A DNA stretch of 64,000 bases from positions 22,258,001 through 22,322,000 of the forward strand of contig CM069159.1 of NCBI GenBank assembly GCA_035221665.1. The letters are read 5' to 3'. This stretch comes from Okamejei kenojei (Eukaryota). A model generated the notes under the pieces. That model worked only from the letters and a program-made list of their open reading frames with translations, ran no database searches and was not told the origin of the DNA. Made by a program: the position numbers and the translations under genes. This document shows, piece by piece, positions 1 through 13,646 of the stretch; positions within the stretch are counted from its first letter, which is position 1, and each line of letters opens with the position of its first letter.

Positions 1-1614
1 GAAAATCATGTTAATTTCCTTTACAGTTCCAATTAGTGAGGATCCTTAATTAACACTTGCAGGCATTAGTTATATTTCTCATTGAGTTCAATGGGAGATA
101 ATTTTCTTTGCACTTCTAAGGACTCAATGTAACAATCCTAAGTCACGTGAATACACAATTATGACACTGCAGTAGTCCATGGATGCTGTTAGGTCGTGGT
201 TGTGCTTCCAATCTGTTCTGCAACCTGTATGAGATACACGTACTGCAACCTGCCTCTGTTATTGCCAGGAAGAAGAAGATGAATGACAATAAAAACAATA
301 GTTTAAGGGGACCTATGTCCAATGCATTGAAGATTACAAAAAAAATGAACAAAAGAGTTCAAAAGTTACCACATTTGTGGTTCATAACATGCAAGAAACA
401 GAAGACAATCATTTAATTTCAGAGGTTGCTGTTTGCTTTGAGTTAGAATTCAGCCCATGGCTAAATTGGGATTACACCAGTAATTCTGAGTAAAATGAGA
501 TAAAGATCTTGTGGCGTGGACCCAACAGAATATATTTTAAGATTGGTGGGCATATCTCAGGACCTCTACTCAAGCATGTTTTCCTTTAATTACAATGCTC
601 AAGCTAATATATTGAAGATTATTTCCCTGATATTTGAACATCTGAATCATTGCATGCACTTAATGGCGAAGACTGGTGCAGACATAACTATTTAAGGAGC
701 AGGTTGAAAAGACTTTGAAGTATCATCCCCAAATATAGAGAAATAACACAGCTGGTATAACATCCTTTGAGATGGAACAACAGCTGTGTCTGAGACATCC
801 ATGGATAAATACTAAGTGACTATATAAGTGCTTAGACCATGTTAATCTGACATTGGTTATTTCAATATTTATGCCAGTATATATTCAGAGTAGAAGGCAA
901 TTATCAACCTGCCAATTTAAGCAAATAAATGCCCACGTCTACTAAGCCATAACTATTTCTCCAGCTTGCCAGTGTACGCACCTTAGAGGTCTGGTACTAC
1001 TAATTACCAGCCTCAAAATAAAATAAGACATTCAAAATCCCCTACCTCTCTGCAAGGAACCTTTAAACTAAACCTTCTGGGTTTCTGACTGCACATCTGG
1101 TGCATCTAATTCGGTATGGTATGAGTTTACACTCTGATACCTTAATACAGCAATTACTCAAAAAATTGAATCTGCTGCTCTATTGATGAGGGCAATTATT
1201 TATTTACTTATTTTGGCCATGCTTTAAAACTAAGAAGAAATATGTGATTGTCACAGTGCACACACAATTATATATTTTCTTGCTCACTGATTCATGACGG
1301 AGTATGTTTTCTGAAGCATGTAATGTAGAAATCAAGCAAACAGCAAATACACACACAAAGGACACGAATTGACTGAACTATACACAGCACTTGATCAAGC
1401 TTCCAGCAAGTGAGCCCCACCTAGCTGATAGCTTGCTAACTGCAGGTGCTGTGTGGAATACTGTTGAACCCAATGCACCTACAGCTGGAGCTCAATGCAA
1501 TGCATGAATAGCACTCTCTTGAGTTCTTGATAAAGAACAAGGATTCTAAAAATCTAATTTCTAGTCGATCTAAAGTATCAATGTCTGATCTTGTATGGTC
1601 AAAGGCAAAAGATT

Positions 1615-1932
1615 TTTAGTTTAGTTTAGGGACACAGCATGGAAACAAGCCCTTCGGCCCATGCCAAACCATCGATCACTAGTTCACGCTAGTTCTATGT
1701 TATTCCACTTTTGCAGTCACTCCCTACACATTAGGGCTGATTTATAAAAGCCAATTAACCCACAAACCTACACTTCTTTGGGATGTGGGTGGAAACTGGA
1801 GAAGCCGGAGGATGTCCATATGGTCATAGGGAGATCATACAAACTCCACACAGACGTTCCGGAGGTCAGGATCAAACTGGGGTGTTTGGTACTCCACAAG
1901 CTGCGCCATTGTACCCCCCAAGCAATGCCACT
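1615..1932 (-). mobile_element. HE1-like tRNA-derived V-SINE (diverged)
   Basis: (TTTAG)n tail, GGAAACAAGCCCTTCGGCCC LINE-type 3' end, V-domain-like core; matches other copies in the window. Confidence 0.8.
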
Positions 1933-2589
1933 CTACCATTCCAAATAAGGATGAGACATATAGAAGTGTGTCTACAAGAGCAATAAGTTGTTGTGGATGA
2001 TGGCACTATTTGCTTTGGGAGATTACTGTAAATTTTTTTAATCTAGAATAATAAATCCCAAGCGTACAGCATATCTCAGTGAGGTTCTATGATAAAGATA
2101 CATAATGTGCATTCTAGTTGGAAAAGATTACCCTGCTCATATGTTCTTCTTCCACCAAAAAGACTGGGCTAATTACAGCCATACTTAAGCGGAATTTATT
2201 TAAAACTAATTCACAGAGTCCAATTCAAATAATTTTCAGCTTTCACTAAACATGTTTCAGATGACGAATACAAAGGAGCAATCTCAAAGCTGAAAATACA
2301 AAGATTCCTAGGTTCATGCAACACGATGAAACTCAAATGCTAGATTAAGAAACTCAAATATTTGATTAAGAAATAATCTTGGCAAGGAAAGTCAGCTAGG
2401 TTTCTGAATAAGGGTGATATGGTTTAAAAATTACATAATTGCCAAGCCTGTCTAATAAAGCTTGGAAAAAAAGGGAATTTGAAACTTAATGTTTATATTG
2501 GCAGGCTACATAATTTCACCCACCTTTCAGCAGACAAAGGTGAGGCGGGGTTCAGATTATTTGCTTTTGGGCGGTGATGCAGAAACACA

Positions 2590-2945
2590 CGAAAAAATAG
2601 GAGCTGGAATAAGCCACTTGACCTCTCAAGCCTGCTGTACCATTCAATATGATCATGGCTGATTTGCCCCATGCCTCATCTCCTCTTCTACGCCAGTTCC
2701 TCATGTTCCTCAATCGTCCACTATTCAAAAATGCTTCTAGTGATCTAATCTCCATTTATCTCTGATGTAAAGAATTCCAGAGATTAACCACCTAATATGA
2801 TAGGAAATTCCAATCTACCTCAGGTTTTATTGACCACCCCTTCGTAATTAGTTCAGGAGTCTCCCACTGATGGAAACATCTCAACATTTACCCTTAGGAT
2901 CTTACATGTTTCAATAAGATCACCTCTCCTTCTTCTATATAAAGA
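2590..2945 (-). mobile_element. CR1/HER1-like LINE 3' fragment (old)
   Basis: CCATTCAATATGATCATGGCTGAT and GAATTCCAGAGATT motifs shared with the 43024 copy. Confidence 0.75.
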
Positions 2946-3000
2946 TTACAGATCAAACATTTTTTAGGTGTCAATATTGTCAATATTGTCAAGGTGAAAG

Positions 3001-3017
3001 TATATATATATATATAT
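3001..3017. repeat. (TA)n microsatellite
   Basis: Visible TA run. Confidence 0.9.
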
Positions 3018-3224
3018 AATCTACAATCAGGCAAGTAAAAAGAAGCCTAGTCTAATGTTAAGCCTACTTTGTGGTTGGGATAATGAAGAGCGTCTAACTC
3101 TGAACTCGGTTCTATGGACTTCAATAGAACTAAATTTCAGAGTCAGATTAAGAAGATTGTGCAGTAACTGTTAACATGCATTTAGCTCCACTGAATAAGA
3201 ATGATGCTCCTGGCATGCTCCTAA

Positions 3225-3435
3225 GTTCATAGGTCATTGGGGCAGAATTCAGCCATTCGGCTCAACATCTACTCCACTGTTCTATCATGGCTGATCTATC
3301 TTTCCATCTCAACCCCGTTCTCCTGCCTTCTCCCCATAACCTCTGACACCTGTACTAATCACAAATCTATCCATCTGCCTTTAAAATAGCTTTCAGTGAC
3401 AATGAATTCCACAGATTCACCACCCACTGACTAAA
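3225..3435 (-). mobile_element. CR1/HER1-like LINE 3' fragment
   Basis: GCCATTCGG...ATCATGGCTGATCTATC...GAATTCCACAGATTCACCACC, similar to the other CR1 3' ends. Confidence 0.75.
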
Positions 3436-3849
3436 CCCCCTACTGGTTTTATTATGGTGATGAGTTCCCATGTGTTTCAGGCACTTAGCTGTTAAACGCT
3501 TGGTATTTCTATAAATGAGGTTTAATTCCTCCTAGTAAACTCTCAATTACCACACAAGGTAACCCTTGATTAACATCGTTCGTGCAATGACACGTATTGA
3601 TCTGATACTGCAGCGGATGCTTTTTGTTGTCAGCAACTTAAATCAAAGACCAAAGAAAACACAAAAACTTATTGAAGTAATGGTTTGGGCCCCTGGGAAG
3701 TTGAAGCAAATTTAAAGTTTAAAAAAATGTGACCCAGCTGAAGCATTTGAAAGCATCTTCAGTCAGAAGTTTCAAGCAGAGGATTTGTCTTGCGACTAGC
3801 CTGAAGCATAACATGCTCGTTTTTGGCTAATTTGATTCACCACACATTA

Positions 3850-4330
3850 TGTCAAGCAATTGCAGAATGTATGGGATACAGTAAAGTCTACGGGACCAAT
3901 TGCCACCCTGACTGTAATAATCCAGACTTCGGGACCCTTAGTCAAGCTACTGCAGTACAGCTCCAATACAGACATCTCCCCAACAACGTGGATGGTTGTC
4001 GACATAATTCCTGCCTTCAAAAAGCAGGATCAACACAACTCAGATAATTGCTGCCATATCAGTCTACAATTCATCATCAATAGAGGGATGGAGCGAATTA
4101 GTGATCACACTCAAAAATAATTAACTTAACTGATCTCAGTTTGGATTCCAATGGCCTATTGCTTAGTTTAGTTTAGCTTAGAGGTACAACAACAGACTCC
4201 AAAAGAGCAAGTCAAGCCATCTCTACTGACATTCAATGACATTAGTATCACCAAATCCTCCGCCATGACTGAATATTCTGGCTAGGATTGAAGACCAACG
4301 CATTGGTATTCTACTGCTGGTGAACCACTC
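3850..4330 (+). mobile_element. Degenerate non-LTR retrotransposon RT fragment (CR1/L2/RTE-X-like)
   Basis: ORF 3860..4120 (DTVKSTGP...LVKLLQYS...W...PAFKKQD...HISL...INRGMER) resembles RT subdomains 0-1 (KAPGPD...W...P.HKK...NYRPISL). Confidence 0.7.
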
Positions 4331-4409
4331 ATTTCAAAAAGTCTTGCCATCAATAAATTACAAGATGAAACACTTCTCACTCAAGCAGCTATGAGAAGAA
4401 ACCAGTCGT

Positions 4410-4697
4410 TTAGACTTTAGACTTTCGAGATGCATCATGGAAACAAGCCCTTTGGCCCACCAAGTCCGCGCCGACCAGCGATCACCTCGTACACTAATAC
4501 TATCCTACACACACACCAGGGACAATTTGCAGAAGCCATTTAACCTGCATATCTTTGGAGTATGGAAGGAAACCGGAGCACCTATGCGGTAACAGGGAGG
4601 ACGTACAAACTGTACAGGCAACACCCGTAGTTAGGATCAAACCTGGGTCTCTGGCACTGTAAGTGAGCAACTCTACCACTGCACCACTATGCCGCCA
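4410..4697 (-). mobile_element. HE1-like V-SINE
   Basis: (TTTAGAC)n tail, V-domain, tRNA-like head GGCGGCATAGTGGTGCAGTGGTAGAG on the minus strand. Confidence 0.85.
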
Positions 4698-5444
4698 TTT
4701 TGATTTACTGTTCCCTATTCAATAGCTTTATGGGAATTTCTCCTCCATCTGCCTCTGATGTGTGAATGGATAATAAATGGAAGCAGAGCATTTAAGCCCA
4801 CATTTATGAATACTCTTAAAATAGCCAAGAAGGCAAGACAATGTAATTCCACCACAATGTAACATCCCCTCATTTAGAAATACAATTTATGGGAATGGGA
4901 ACTCATTTGACTTCAACATTGGATCGGTGGATAGTACAGACAAGCCTATATACCTGCTACAGACAGTTCTTCATTTCTGAAGCAGCACTGCTATTACCTG
5001 AAATGTTCCTAATCCTTAGTCATAATACTATACTTTAAAATGTTATAAGCCTTTTCTTTGTCTATCCCTTAATTTCGTTACTTGCTGAGAATAATTACTT
5101 TTCCCATCGAGTCATTTGCGGAGCAATTAGATTTCACAATTTTTGATTCACAAAACAGTTGTGTTCATCATTAAAACCTATTTAGGGCTCTGTAAAAGAG
5201 ATGACACTAGCTAAAAAGAAGTTTGAAACAGCGAAAGGGTAGTTTAAATCCAGAAACAAGAGCTAAAATGGGATTCACATCGTTCCCAACAGGGCTAAGC
5301 TCAATTGAGAGTCGTTGCCAACCCTTTGTTATAGCTCAATGAACAAAAGGTCTTGGTCCTTAAAGACACATCCCCCACCCCCAGCAGTGATACAAGAACA
5401 ACATGTGCACAATACTTTCATCCATGGAAAGGGGGTGGGTTGGG

Positions 5445-5750
5445 GGGGATGGTAGTGCAGCTGTCCTGGTTTGATGCTGACTCCAATGCTATGTATGACA
5501 TTTGAATGTTCTCCTTACGACTGCATGGATTTCCCCTGGACACTCTAGTTTCCTCCCACATCTCATAGATGTGCTAGTTGTCAAATCAACTGGTGAGTGT
5601 AAATTATCCCTCTTGGAGGTGACTGGTAGGATCATCACAGGTTGTTATTTGGCATGTGTGAGAGAATAGATTACTGGGAAATTAGTGGGAGAATGGGATT
5701 GCCCTGAGGCACACACTGAACTTGATGGACTGAGCGGCCTCCTTCTACAT
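5445..5750 (+). mobile_element. Old V-SINE, plus orientation
   Basis: Degenerate B-box GGTTTGATGC followed by V-domain (GAATGTTCTCC...TTTCCTCCCACATC). Confidence 0.65.
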
Positions 5751-8248
5751 TGTAAGGAATTATAATTGTTTTAAAATAGACAGACTTTCATACACCACCA
5801 GACAAAGACAATCTATTCTCTGCACCACCCACATAGAGGATTGGCCTCCAAAAAGATGATAATAAAAAGGTCCATCTCCTCCAAGATTGTAAAAAAGGGA
5901 GGTAATCTTTGGGGTGAAATCCTGTTCACTTCACTTTGGAAGATGGTTGAGTAACCTGCAGTGAGTTCTGAAGCTTCCCAGTCAAATCTCTCTGCTTCAG
6001 CAAATTCTGCCATTAAATAATGAGAAAATCAACCAAGTAGCAACCAATTTGCTCCCAGTGACTGTTCCACGCTGGTTCTATGTTGCACCTAGGACTTCCG
6101 TTTATCTCCGTAAGGGCAGAAATGGGCTTCACATGAATCACGGACCTAGTGTGGATCCGAAGCTGGAGAAGCATTAGGTGTACCATTATGAACAGCACCC
6201 AGAGAGGCCTGCTCCAATTTCCTGATGGCAATTACTAAGAAATAACGGTAACACAATCTTCATCCAATTTGTGCATGAACAATAGGAGTTAACTCACCAT
6301 GTATATGCTTTCAGTGAAAGTTATGAAATACAGTGTATGTCAACTCAGCAGCTGCTTTTCTATTTTCATACCTTTTGGTCCAATTTCCAACTCATTCATT
6401 CAACTTCGCTTTTATTTAAGTTTGAGGCTCTAGCTTTGGTTTTACATTTGTTACTCTCAACCTGAATGAAAAATTCAACCATGTTTTGATTCTTCTTCTT
6501 CCAGAGAAGCCTTTGCTCTAAAATTAATCATCAATCCTGTTTCATTACACACAACCAACTGTTACTCTGCTCCCTGACTGGGGTCACAATGTGTGGAGAA
6601 ACTGTCTTGAACATGTCTCATTTCCAAGCCCACCTTTACCAGTTTGATTTGATTTGGCAGAGTTTGTCCTCATACAATTCTGGCTCTTCAACTAAAAGAT
6701 AACGACTCCCAGATCCATGAGGATTAGTGAATACATAAGTACACACGCAAAAGTTTTGTAATTCCAACAAAAACAATCATTTTCAAATTATTTTTTCATG
6801 TCATATCTGTAATTGGATTATTTTATTATAACAATTGCCACTCCAGATGGAAGAAGATGAATAAAGATGGGAGAAAATGAACAAACACTGTACTACAATT
6901 AGATTACATGAAAATATATGTGCAAGTTGAATGGGCAAGAAATTTAGAAGATGCACATCATTTAAGATCATTCAACATTCCTGTGATTAGGAAAACTTGA
7001 GGTGGGATCCCAAGTTCCACAGTCTAAATAAGTATTTTTGCTGCAGGAGTATTGCTTGTTTGTATCAAATTTATTATCTGTATCCAGAATCAGCCCATGT
7101 AGAAAAAATAAAAAATAAAATATTAATAGAATCCTATATTTATAATCAATTATAATAATACTGAAAAATTATGTAAATAATAATAATTAATAGGTCATCT
7201 AATTATCATTCAAAATTTACAAAAAATCTATAAAGTGTTTTAGGTAAAGGTCATTGACTGATCACAAGATACAAAAATAAAATCAAGGGATTGTTGTTTT
7301 TATTTGTTTCAGGAATAGTGAAATATAACGTTTTATCATTATCAGGGCTGAAGTTATGAATTGACATCATTCGTTTCCGATTAGATACTAGAATTGGAAC
7401 CTGCTCAGCAAATACACGATTTGAAATGGAAAAAAGAAGTCTTGACACCAAATCTAAATACTCTAAACATTTAACAGTGTATTTAATCTAGTCATTTATA
7501 TAATTATGTGTACACTTCCATTGTACACATGTTATATTAGCCATACTACTCCTATTTATGCAAGCCTAGACTTGAACATCAAGCCTGCCTGAGAAAAGTG
7601 CTGCTACTAAACTACACTTTGGTCTTTTTCTCTTGATACACGATCACTGAACTAATAAATGATGCATTAGACATGTATTTTTCAGTTTCAAGAAGCCTTG
7701 GAACATTAGAAAAAAAGAAACATTGCATACATACTACTCCGTATAAATATATAGTTCCCTATCAGTACTGGGAATAGGTCACCATGAATTAATTCATGCC
7801 AATATGAGATAATGTAGGACAAACAGTTGTAGATTTGAAGCTGTACTTTCTGTCCCAACTTTCACAGCACTTGGTTTGAAAGTTGCATCTGGGATTCAAT
7901 GCTAGCCAAAGACTCTCTTCTGAAGGAAACTGTGGCAGTAGCTTTCTGGAAATTGTCTGAATCAACTCAGGTTCGTAAGAGCCTTCCTTGGCTGGTAGAA
8001 GATGAGAGGAAAAAGACAATAAGATCAATACATCTGCCATTTATGGAGAGTTTTTCCTATATAGCCAGAGAGACATGTCCTGTTCTGTCATACCAGCATA
8101 TACATAACTGAGTAAAAACCATGAATATCTGATCTTCTATGGAATGCTGAGTCCATTATAATTTGCCTGCAAAGTTTGCAGGCACCTGCAGAATCTACGC
8201 TAATGGGCCAGATCAAGGGATAAAACTGTAAATTGTAGCACAGAGAAA

Positions 8249-8812
8249 AGGGGCTGTCCCACTTGTGCGACCTAATTGGCGAGTTTAGAAGAGTTTAGGA
8301 GAGTTTGAAAACATGTCATGTTGAAGACCTCCTTCAACTATGTAGAAGACCTCCTTCGACTATGTTGAAGACTAGCTTCGACTAGCTACGACTAACTTCG
8401 GGAAAATTGGATACCGAATAGTGGAGGGTGAAGACGACCTCCTTTGATCTCCTTCGACCTCCCTTCGAACTCCCTTCGACTATGGTGAAGACTATCTATG
8501 ACTACCTTCGACTACCCTTGACTACCCATGACTAACATGCCGACCTACTACAACCTACTACGACTAAACCTACGAGTAAAAAAAAGTATCTATTTTTTCC
8601 ATGGCGACCTTTTTTTACTCGCGGGCATTTTTCAACATGTTGAAAAATACGCCGCGACCTAGCTGAGGCCTCAAGTACACGGGGACTACTTTCGAGCATG
8701 AAGGAGAGTTACAAAGACCTCTTACGACCTCGTGTCGACCATGCTGTGAGTATGAGTCGAGGGCAAACTCGCCAGAACTCGCGGAATAGGTCACCCAAGT
8801 GGGATAACCCCT
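8249..8812. mobile_element. PIF/Harbinger-type MITE with internal (CTTCGAC/CTACGAC)-like repeats
   Basis: TIRs AGGGGCTGTCCCACTTG / CAAGTGGGATAACCCCT; 3-bp TSD AAA on both sides; second copy at 35094. Confidence 0.85.
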
Positions 8813-11173
8813 AAAGGATGTGACCATCCTAGTACTTAAGATTGGATGATTGCAGCAAGATCTTCTGTGGCCATTACATATTGGCTGCAAGTATGAATTC
8901 CTCCAAATAATTACAATTGCAAACTCTAGCGATTAGCTGATATTCTGATATATGGTCAATAAAGGAAGGCTTTGACTATGTTGACACTCATGTTTCCTCT
9001 TCTAGATCTAGGGTTACCTCAGTTCTCCATGAGCATCTGAATTTAACTTTCAAAACAACAAACAAGTAATCTATTTGCAGTGAAGAAATTCTGATCATAT
9101 AATTTCCTTTCTTTCGCGCAAATGAAAATGCTTGGCTGAAATGTACAATTGTTTCCAACAGGCCAGGCAAATGTCCATGGTTTGCACCTAAACGCATGGG
9201 GCCAATGGACTGGATGGCAACAGTGTAACTCATCATCAAAGCCTCTACTGCACCTATAGAAGTTAATTGCTTTGGAAGTTTGGATCTGAATATTCTTACA
9301 ATGTTGGAAATGAGAACAAAAGGAATATGGAGCTATATTTAAAAAAATACACATTTAAGGTGACCTTAAGATTAATTAAAAAGCAAATATCACGTTTCAC
9401 TCTAAAAGGAAAGGTGTATTTGTTGGTGGGGTAAAACGAGGAGACATACTGCGTCACTTCCAATTAATTTGGGAAATGTTCTTGGATTAGCTTTCGGAGA
9501 CATTTCAGTCACTGATTACATTGCAAATACACTTCCATTTGTAAAACAAGACTCATGAATAATTTAGCCGTTTGCAAGAAGCCACGTCATATTTTACATT
9601 GATTTGGTATGGTTTGATTTGTATATGCTGGAAATTATCATTAGATTAGAAATGTCTATTTGCAAGTTTGGTGCACAAGTGCTTAAAATCTTTACATTCA
9701 ATTTCTATTGCACTAGATATGCCAACTGATTTGAAACAAATGAATTATTGCCTCTGTTACAATGGTAAATGGTGGATGTCAGTGGAGTGTACATGATGTT
9801 CTTAGGTTAATGTGGCAAACAGTAATTTCTAGGATCGTTAACATTCACAAGAAAGTAAAAACATAGAATATAATCAAAACTGATGGTGATTTCAATGGTG
9901 ACCCGTCACGATTATTATGGTGACACTGTAATTACATGGGACTTATATGCAATTAATGCTACAATATCTGAGCAATATCATCAACCCAGAAACTTTTCAT
10001 GAAGGACATCTGAGAGCACTCCCTAGGTGACATTAGTCACTATAACACTGAAGCTGCTTTAAGTGATTCCCTACTCCCCCTCATCCTGCACTGTTTTGAA
10101 GTTATTTCCTAACTATTCCCACAGTGGAAAAGCTGAAAATATTCAGCCTTTTTATTACTTGAGAAGTAACTAAGTTTTAATGCAGTCTCAAGGCATAAAT
10201 GTTGCCTAACAACCTAAAAAAAACCCTGTTTTTTCACATGGTATGTCAGTCCCTCCAGTAAAATTGCAAACTATTTAAAATAATATAAAAAGTTGACTTT
10301 TTTTTTTTTTGGTTTATATCTTAAACTTTCATAGAGTGTGAAATAAAGATTGGAATCTTGCATGGGAGGTTAATAACTTAATCAAACGTTATTGCCGATA
10401 AGCCATCCCCATCAGGATGGTGACATTTGCTATATAGTGGTGGCTATGTGGTTCATTTTGCTTCCGAAATGTAATCTCTTTTATTCAATTGAATGAATTT
10501 TGAGGCAGGGTGCAATGTGCGGATGCTACTATATAATGCATTTGAGGCGACTGTCCAAGGCTGAATTTCTTGGCATTTGGTTTTTCCACTTTCTGGTTTG
10601 CTATGTGGGGTTTTAGTTACGTGAGTGGCTATTCAGTGATGAAATCACTATGGCTAGGTACAGGAAATCCCCCAGAGGTGTTGTCGAACAGCAACTGATG
10701 CCAGCAGAGGCTAAGTTTGTGTCTCAGAGATTCTGAGATACTTATGTCCAGGTTTCTTTGAGATCAGTAACTAGCCCATTCCTTCTATGGTATTAATGCT
10801 ATAAACACTGGCCAATGTTTCAGGTTGTCAATGAAATGATCTATACAACCGTTTCCTTTCATTGAGCGCTTCCAATCCTGACATGTATTACATGTGAATT
10901 TTGCCCAAGAGGTTGACAACATTATTCCAATGATTTCCATTTATATTTGATTATGCAGATGTGGCATCACTAGCCTATTTTCAAGGGTCCTTTCCCTCCA
11001 AATGTAGGGAGCAGCTCTATAAATGGTAGCACTGTCAAGATTTATGCACACTTGAAAGAAAAAGGCAACTATGCTGGAAGACAGGAATTCCACAATACAC
11101 CAATAATACTTTTAGTGGCATGGAAGTTGGCTTTCCAACTGATCTGGTTCAACATTCATTATCAAATACCTAC

Positions 11174-12850
11174 CCTGAAGTAGATAAGTGTGAAGGTGGG
11201 TGTTCAAAAGGAGGACTGTCTTCACCTCTCCACCTTTGGGAAGGGATCTGACTATAAAACTCGCTGTGGCCTGTTGCAGGAGAGAGGGATCCTGTGTAGC
11301 TGCCTGTCGAAGGTGTCAGTGCCATGTGAGGTCTATAACTGGGGCTTCCTCGTCTGCTGCCCTGGCCAGCAGTGCTGCTTTGTGCTGGTGAGGAGGATGG
11401 AGAGGACCTTCTGGATATGCTAACAACAGCAGGAGGCTGAAGGGTAATTTCAGACATCTCCACAGAGATGCCTGCAGGAAAGATGCCGCGGGAGGGCTGC
11501 ATGACACTGGGCCGTGGTCGCGGGCGGGATGAGATCTCTGGGGAGGCGTGATGGGAACTCAGAGGACTCTGACTCAAAGGGGAGAGCCGAGAAGGCTGTA
11601 GAACCACCTGGTGTAAACTGGCCTCAGTCCTTCTGCCTTGCCTAGGGCTAGGTCTGGGCCTGGGTCTTGGTTCGTACCACCTGGTGTCCAGACTGAATGT
11701 GCTTGTGCCACTGGCAACAGCCTGTCTGGCTGATTCAGTGTAAGGCAATGTGGGTGCACTTATACCATGGCTGGTATGCTTTAGCTGCCCGTGGCTGGTC
11801 TCTTGCATAGGTTGATGTGGATGTCTTTGAGAGAGAGAGGCAGATCCTTTAGATTTACTGGAAGCTTTGCCAGTCTGACTCTTTGGTGCCTCCAGATGCA
11901 GCACACTGTGGTACGGTGCTGAGACCTGGAGTGAGGAAGGGGGCCCACCCCTCGGAAGACCAGCCTTTGGCAGTGTACTCTCAGGTGTATCTTGATGGTG
12001 TGAGAACATAACTGGAGAGCTCTCAATGCTGCTGATAGACAATTTCTTCCTTCTCCATGGTTCAGGAGACCGCAAAGTGGTTGGCGTGTGAGTCAAAGGC
12101 AGGGTACTACTGGAAGTGACCAAATGCTGTCCATCAGGATCGCCGTGATCTGCAGGGAGGGTGGGATGACCATAGGGTCCTTCAGCAAGTAATAGAGGTG
12201 AAGACATCACTGAACTGAGGGGACTGATATCTGGCATGTAAAATGGCTGACCATCTTGGTCTGCTGAGCTACTGCTGAGGTAGCCATAAAACTGGCTTTG
12301 AGGGTAACCTTTAGCAAGTCTCCTGGTCTGACCGGTGGCCTGTAGCCTGGCATCTAAGCTTCCCATGCATTCGTCTGCATTCTGGAATGACGGGGTGTAT
12401 GCTGGTGGCTGTAAGTATGAGTCTTGACTGGATGAAAGAGGTGAAAGCTGAGACTTCAAGCTCATAATGGCAGTAGGAGTTAATGTGTCATTGTTTTCCT
12501 CGTCGGACTGCCGGAATTCAGGATACGTTTCCGTCTCTTCTGCAAAGGGGAAGCCCTCAATCCTCCTAGACTTCAATGATATCTCCATCCCTGTGTGGTC
12601 CATAATGAAGCGTCCATCAGGGCCTCTGCTGATCAGTTCGATGGGGGTAGTGACATCAGCCTCAGCCTCATGCTTGGAGACACTGTACTTCTTGCTGGTT
12701 ATTGCTCGCTTTGTCTTTTTGTACAAGGACATTTCTCTTTCCCTGCCAGGACTCATCATCTTGGCATGTATGGCTTGAGCATCTTCAGAGGAGTCTGATG
12801 GAGCTCGGAGTGTCCTGACGCTTTCAGGACTCACCTTTCCTGAGGAAGAT
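11174..12850 (-). CDS. IGSF9B: IGSF9B large cytoplasmic-tail exon (SSSGKVSPESVRTL...HLSTSG); if unspliced, the stop is at 11170-11172
   Basis: 554-aa ORF 11170..12834 extended to acceptor CTCTCAG|A at 12850. The 3' end reads TCA GG|GTAGGT, which is either a donor or GGG TAG stop. Confidence 0.93.
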
Positions 12851-13600
12851 CTGAGAGACCAAAATCAGAGGCAACAGTAATCCTGCATTCTTTCATGTTT
12901 ACAATTTTGCTACTGTCCAGTGAAGTAAAGCATCATTTTATTGCTTTTGCTGCCATTATTCAATAATAACAAGTCCTTTTGACTATTAATTTAATGTCAT
13001 CAGTTATGAAGTTGTGGCAGATGGAATACATCTCATGAAGATAGCCCTCATTTGGGGAACATTTAATCTGTTATGCAACTATATTATGAATATAATGCAA
13101 TTTAAAGTAATAATGAGGGAATTTATAAGTTGATTAATACTGCCAACTGATGCGTGTTTTTACAGCAATAGGATACCAGAGCGATAATGGAGTGGTGAAT
13201 TAATGGCACTTTGGTGCGTTGTGTATAGAACATAGCAAACTACTCTGTTTATGAAAACATAATTCTTCAAGCTACTGCAGATTAAAGATTTAAGAACAAA
13301 TCCTCCAGTATCCTGTAGGAAAGCTGTAAATTACATACGGATTTATATTCTGCTTTAAAATTTAGTAGGATCTATGCGACTAAGGCTGCCAGTTCACTTA
13401 CAATCAGCACAATCAGAGACATTATAGAACAACCACTTTATTGGTCTCTTTTATTGATTGTAAAACAGTCTACTGCTAGTCTGACATGGATCTTACACCA
13501 AAGTTTGGCTATCATCTCTGAGAGAATGAATCAAATCAACCACATTGATTTATCACAGACACAAACACGGACAAAATCATAAAAGGGGCTGGTTACTTAC

Positions 13601-13646
13601 GGGGATTCCACACTCTTTCGGCAGTGTGTTATTGAGAGAGGAGGAT
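13601..13646 (-). CDS. IGSF9B: IGSF9B small juxtamembrane exon (DPPLSITHCRKSVESP)
   Basis: Acceptor TTCTCCTCCAG|AT, donor CCCC|GTAAGT; 46 bp; phases match both neighbours. Confidence 0.93.

Noticed and set aside
8988-10740. Downstream IGSF9B coding exons
   Set aside because: The frames I read show stops or no similarity to the Lys-rich C-terminal exon expected from other vertebrates.
11190-12798. Short overlapping and antisense ORFs over the large exon
   Set aside because: Shadow frames of coding sequence with no independent signals.
12832-12834. Start codon of a standalone 554-aa protein
   Set aside because: It is an internal GTG (Val) of a spliced IGSF9B exon whose acceptor is at 12850.
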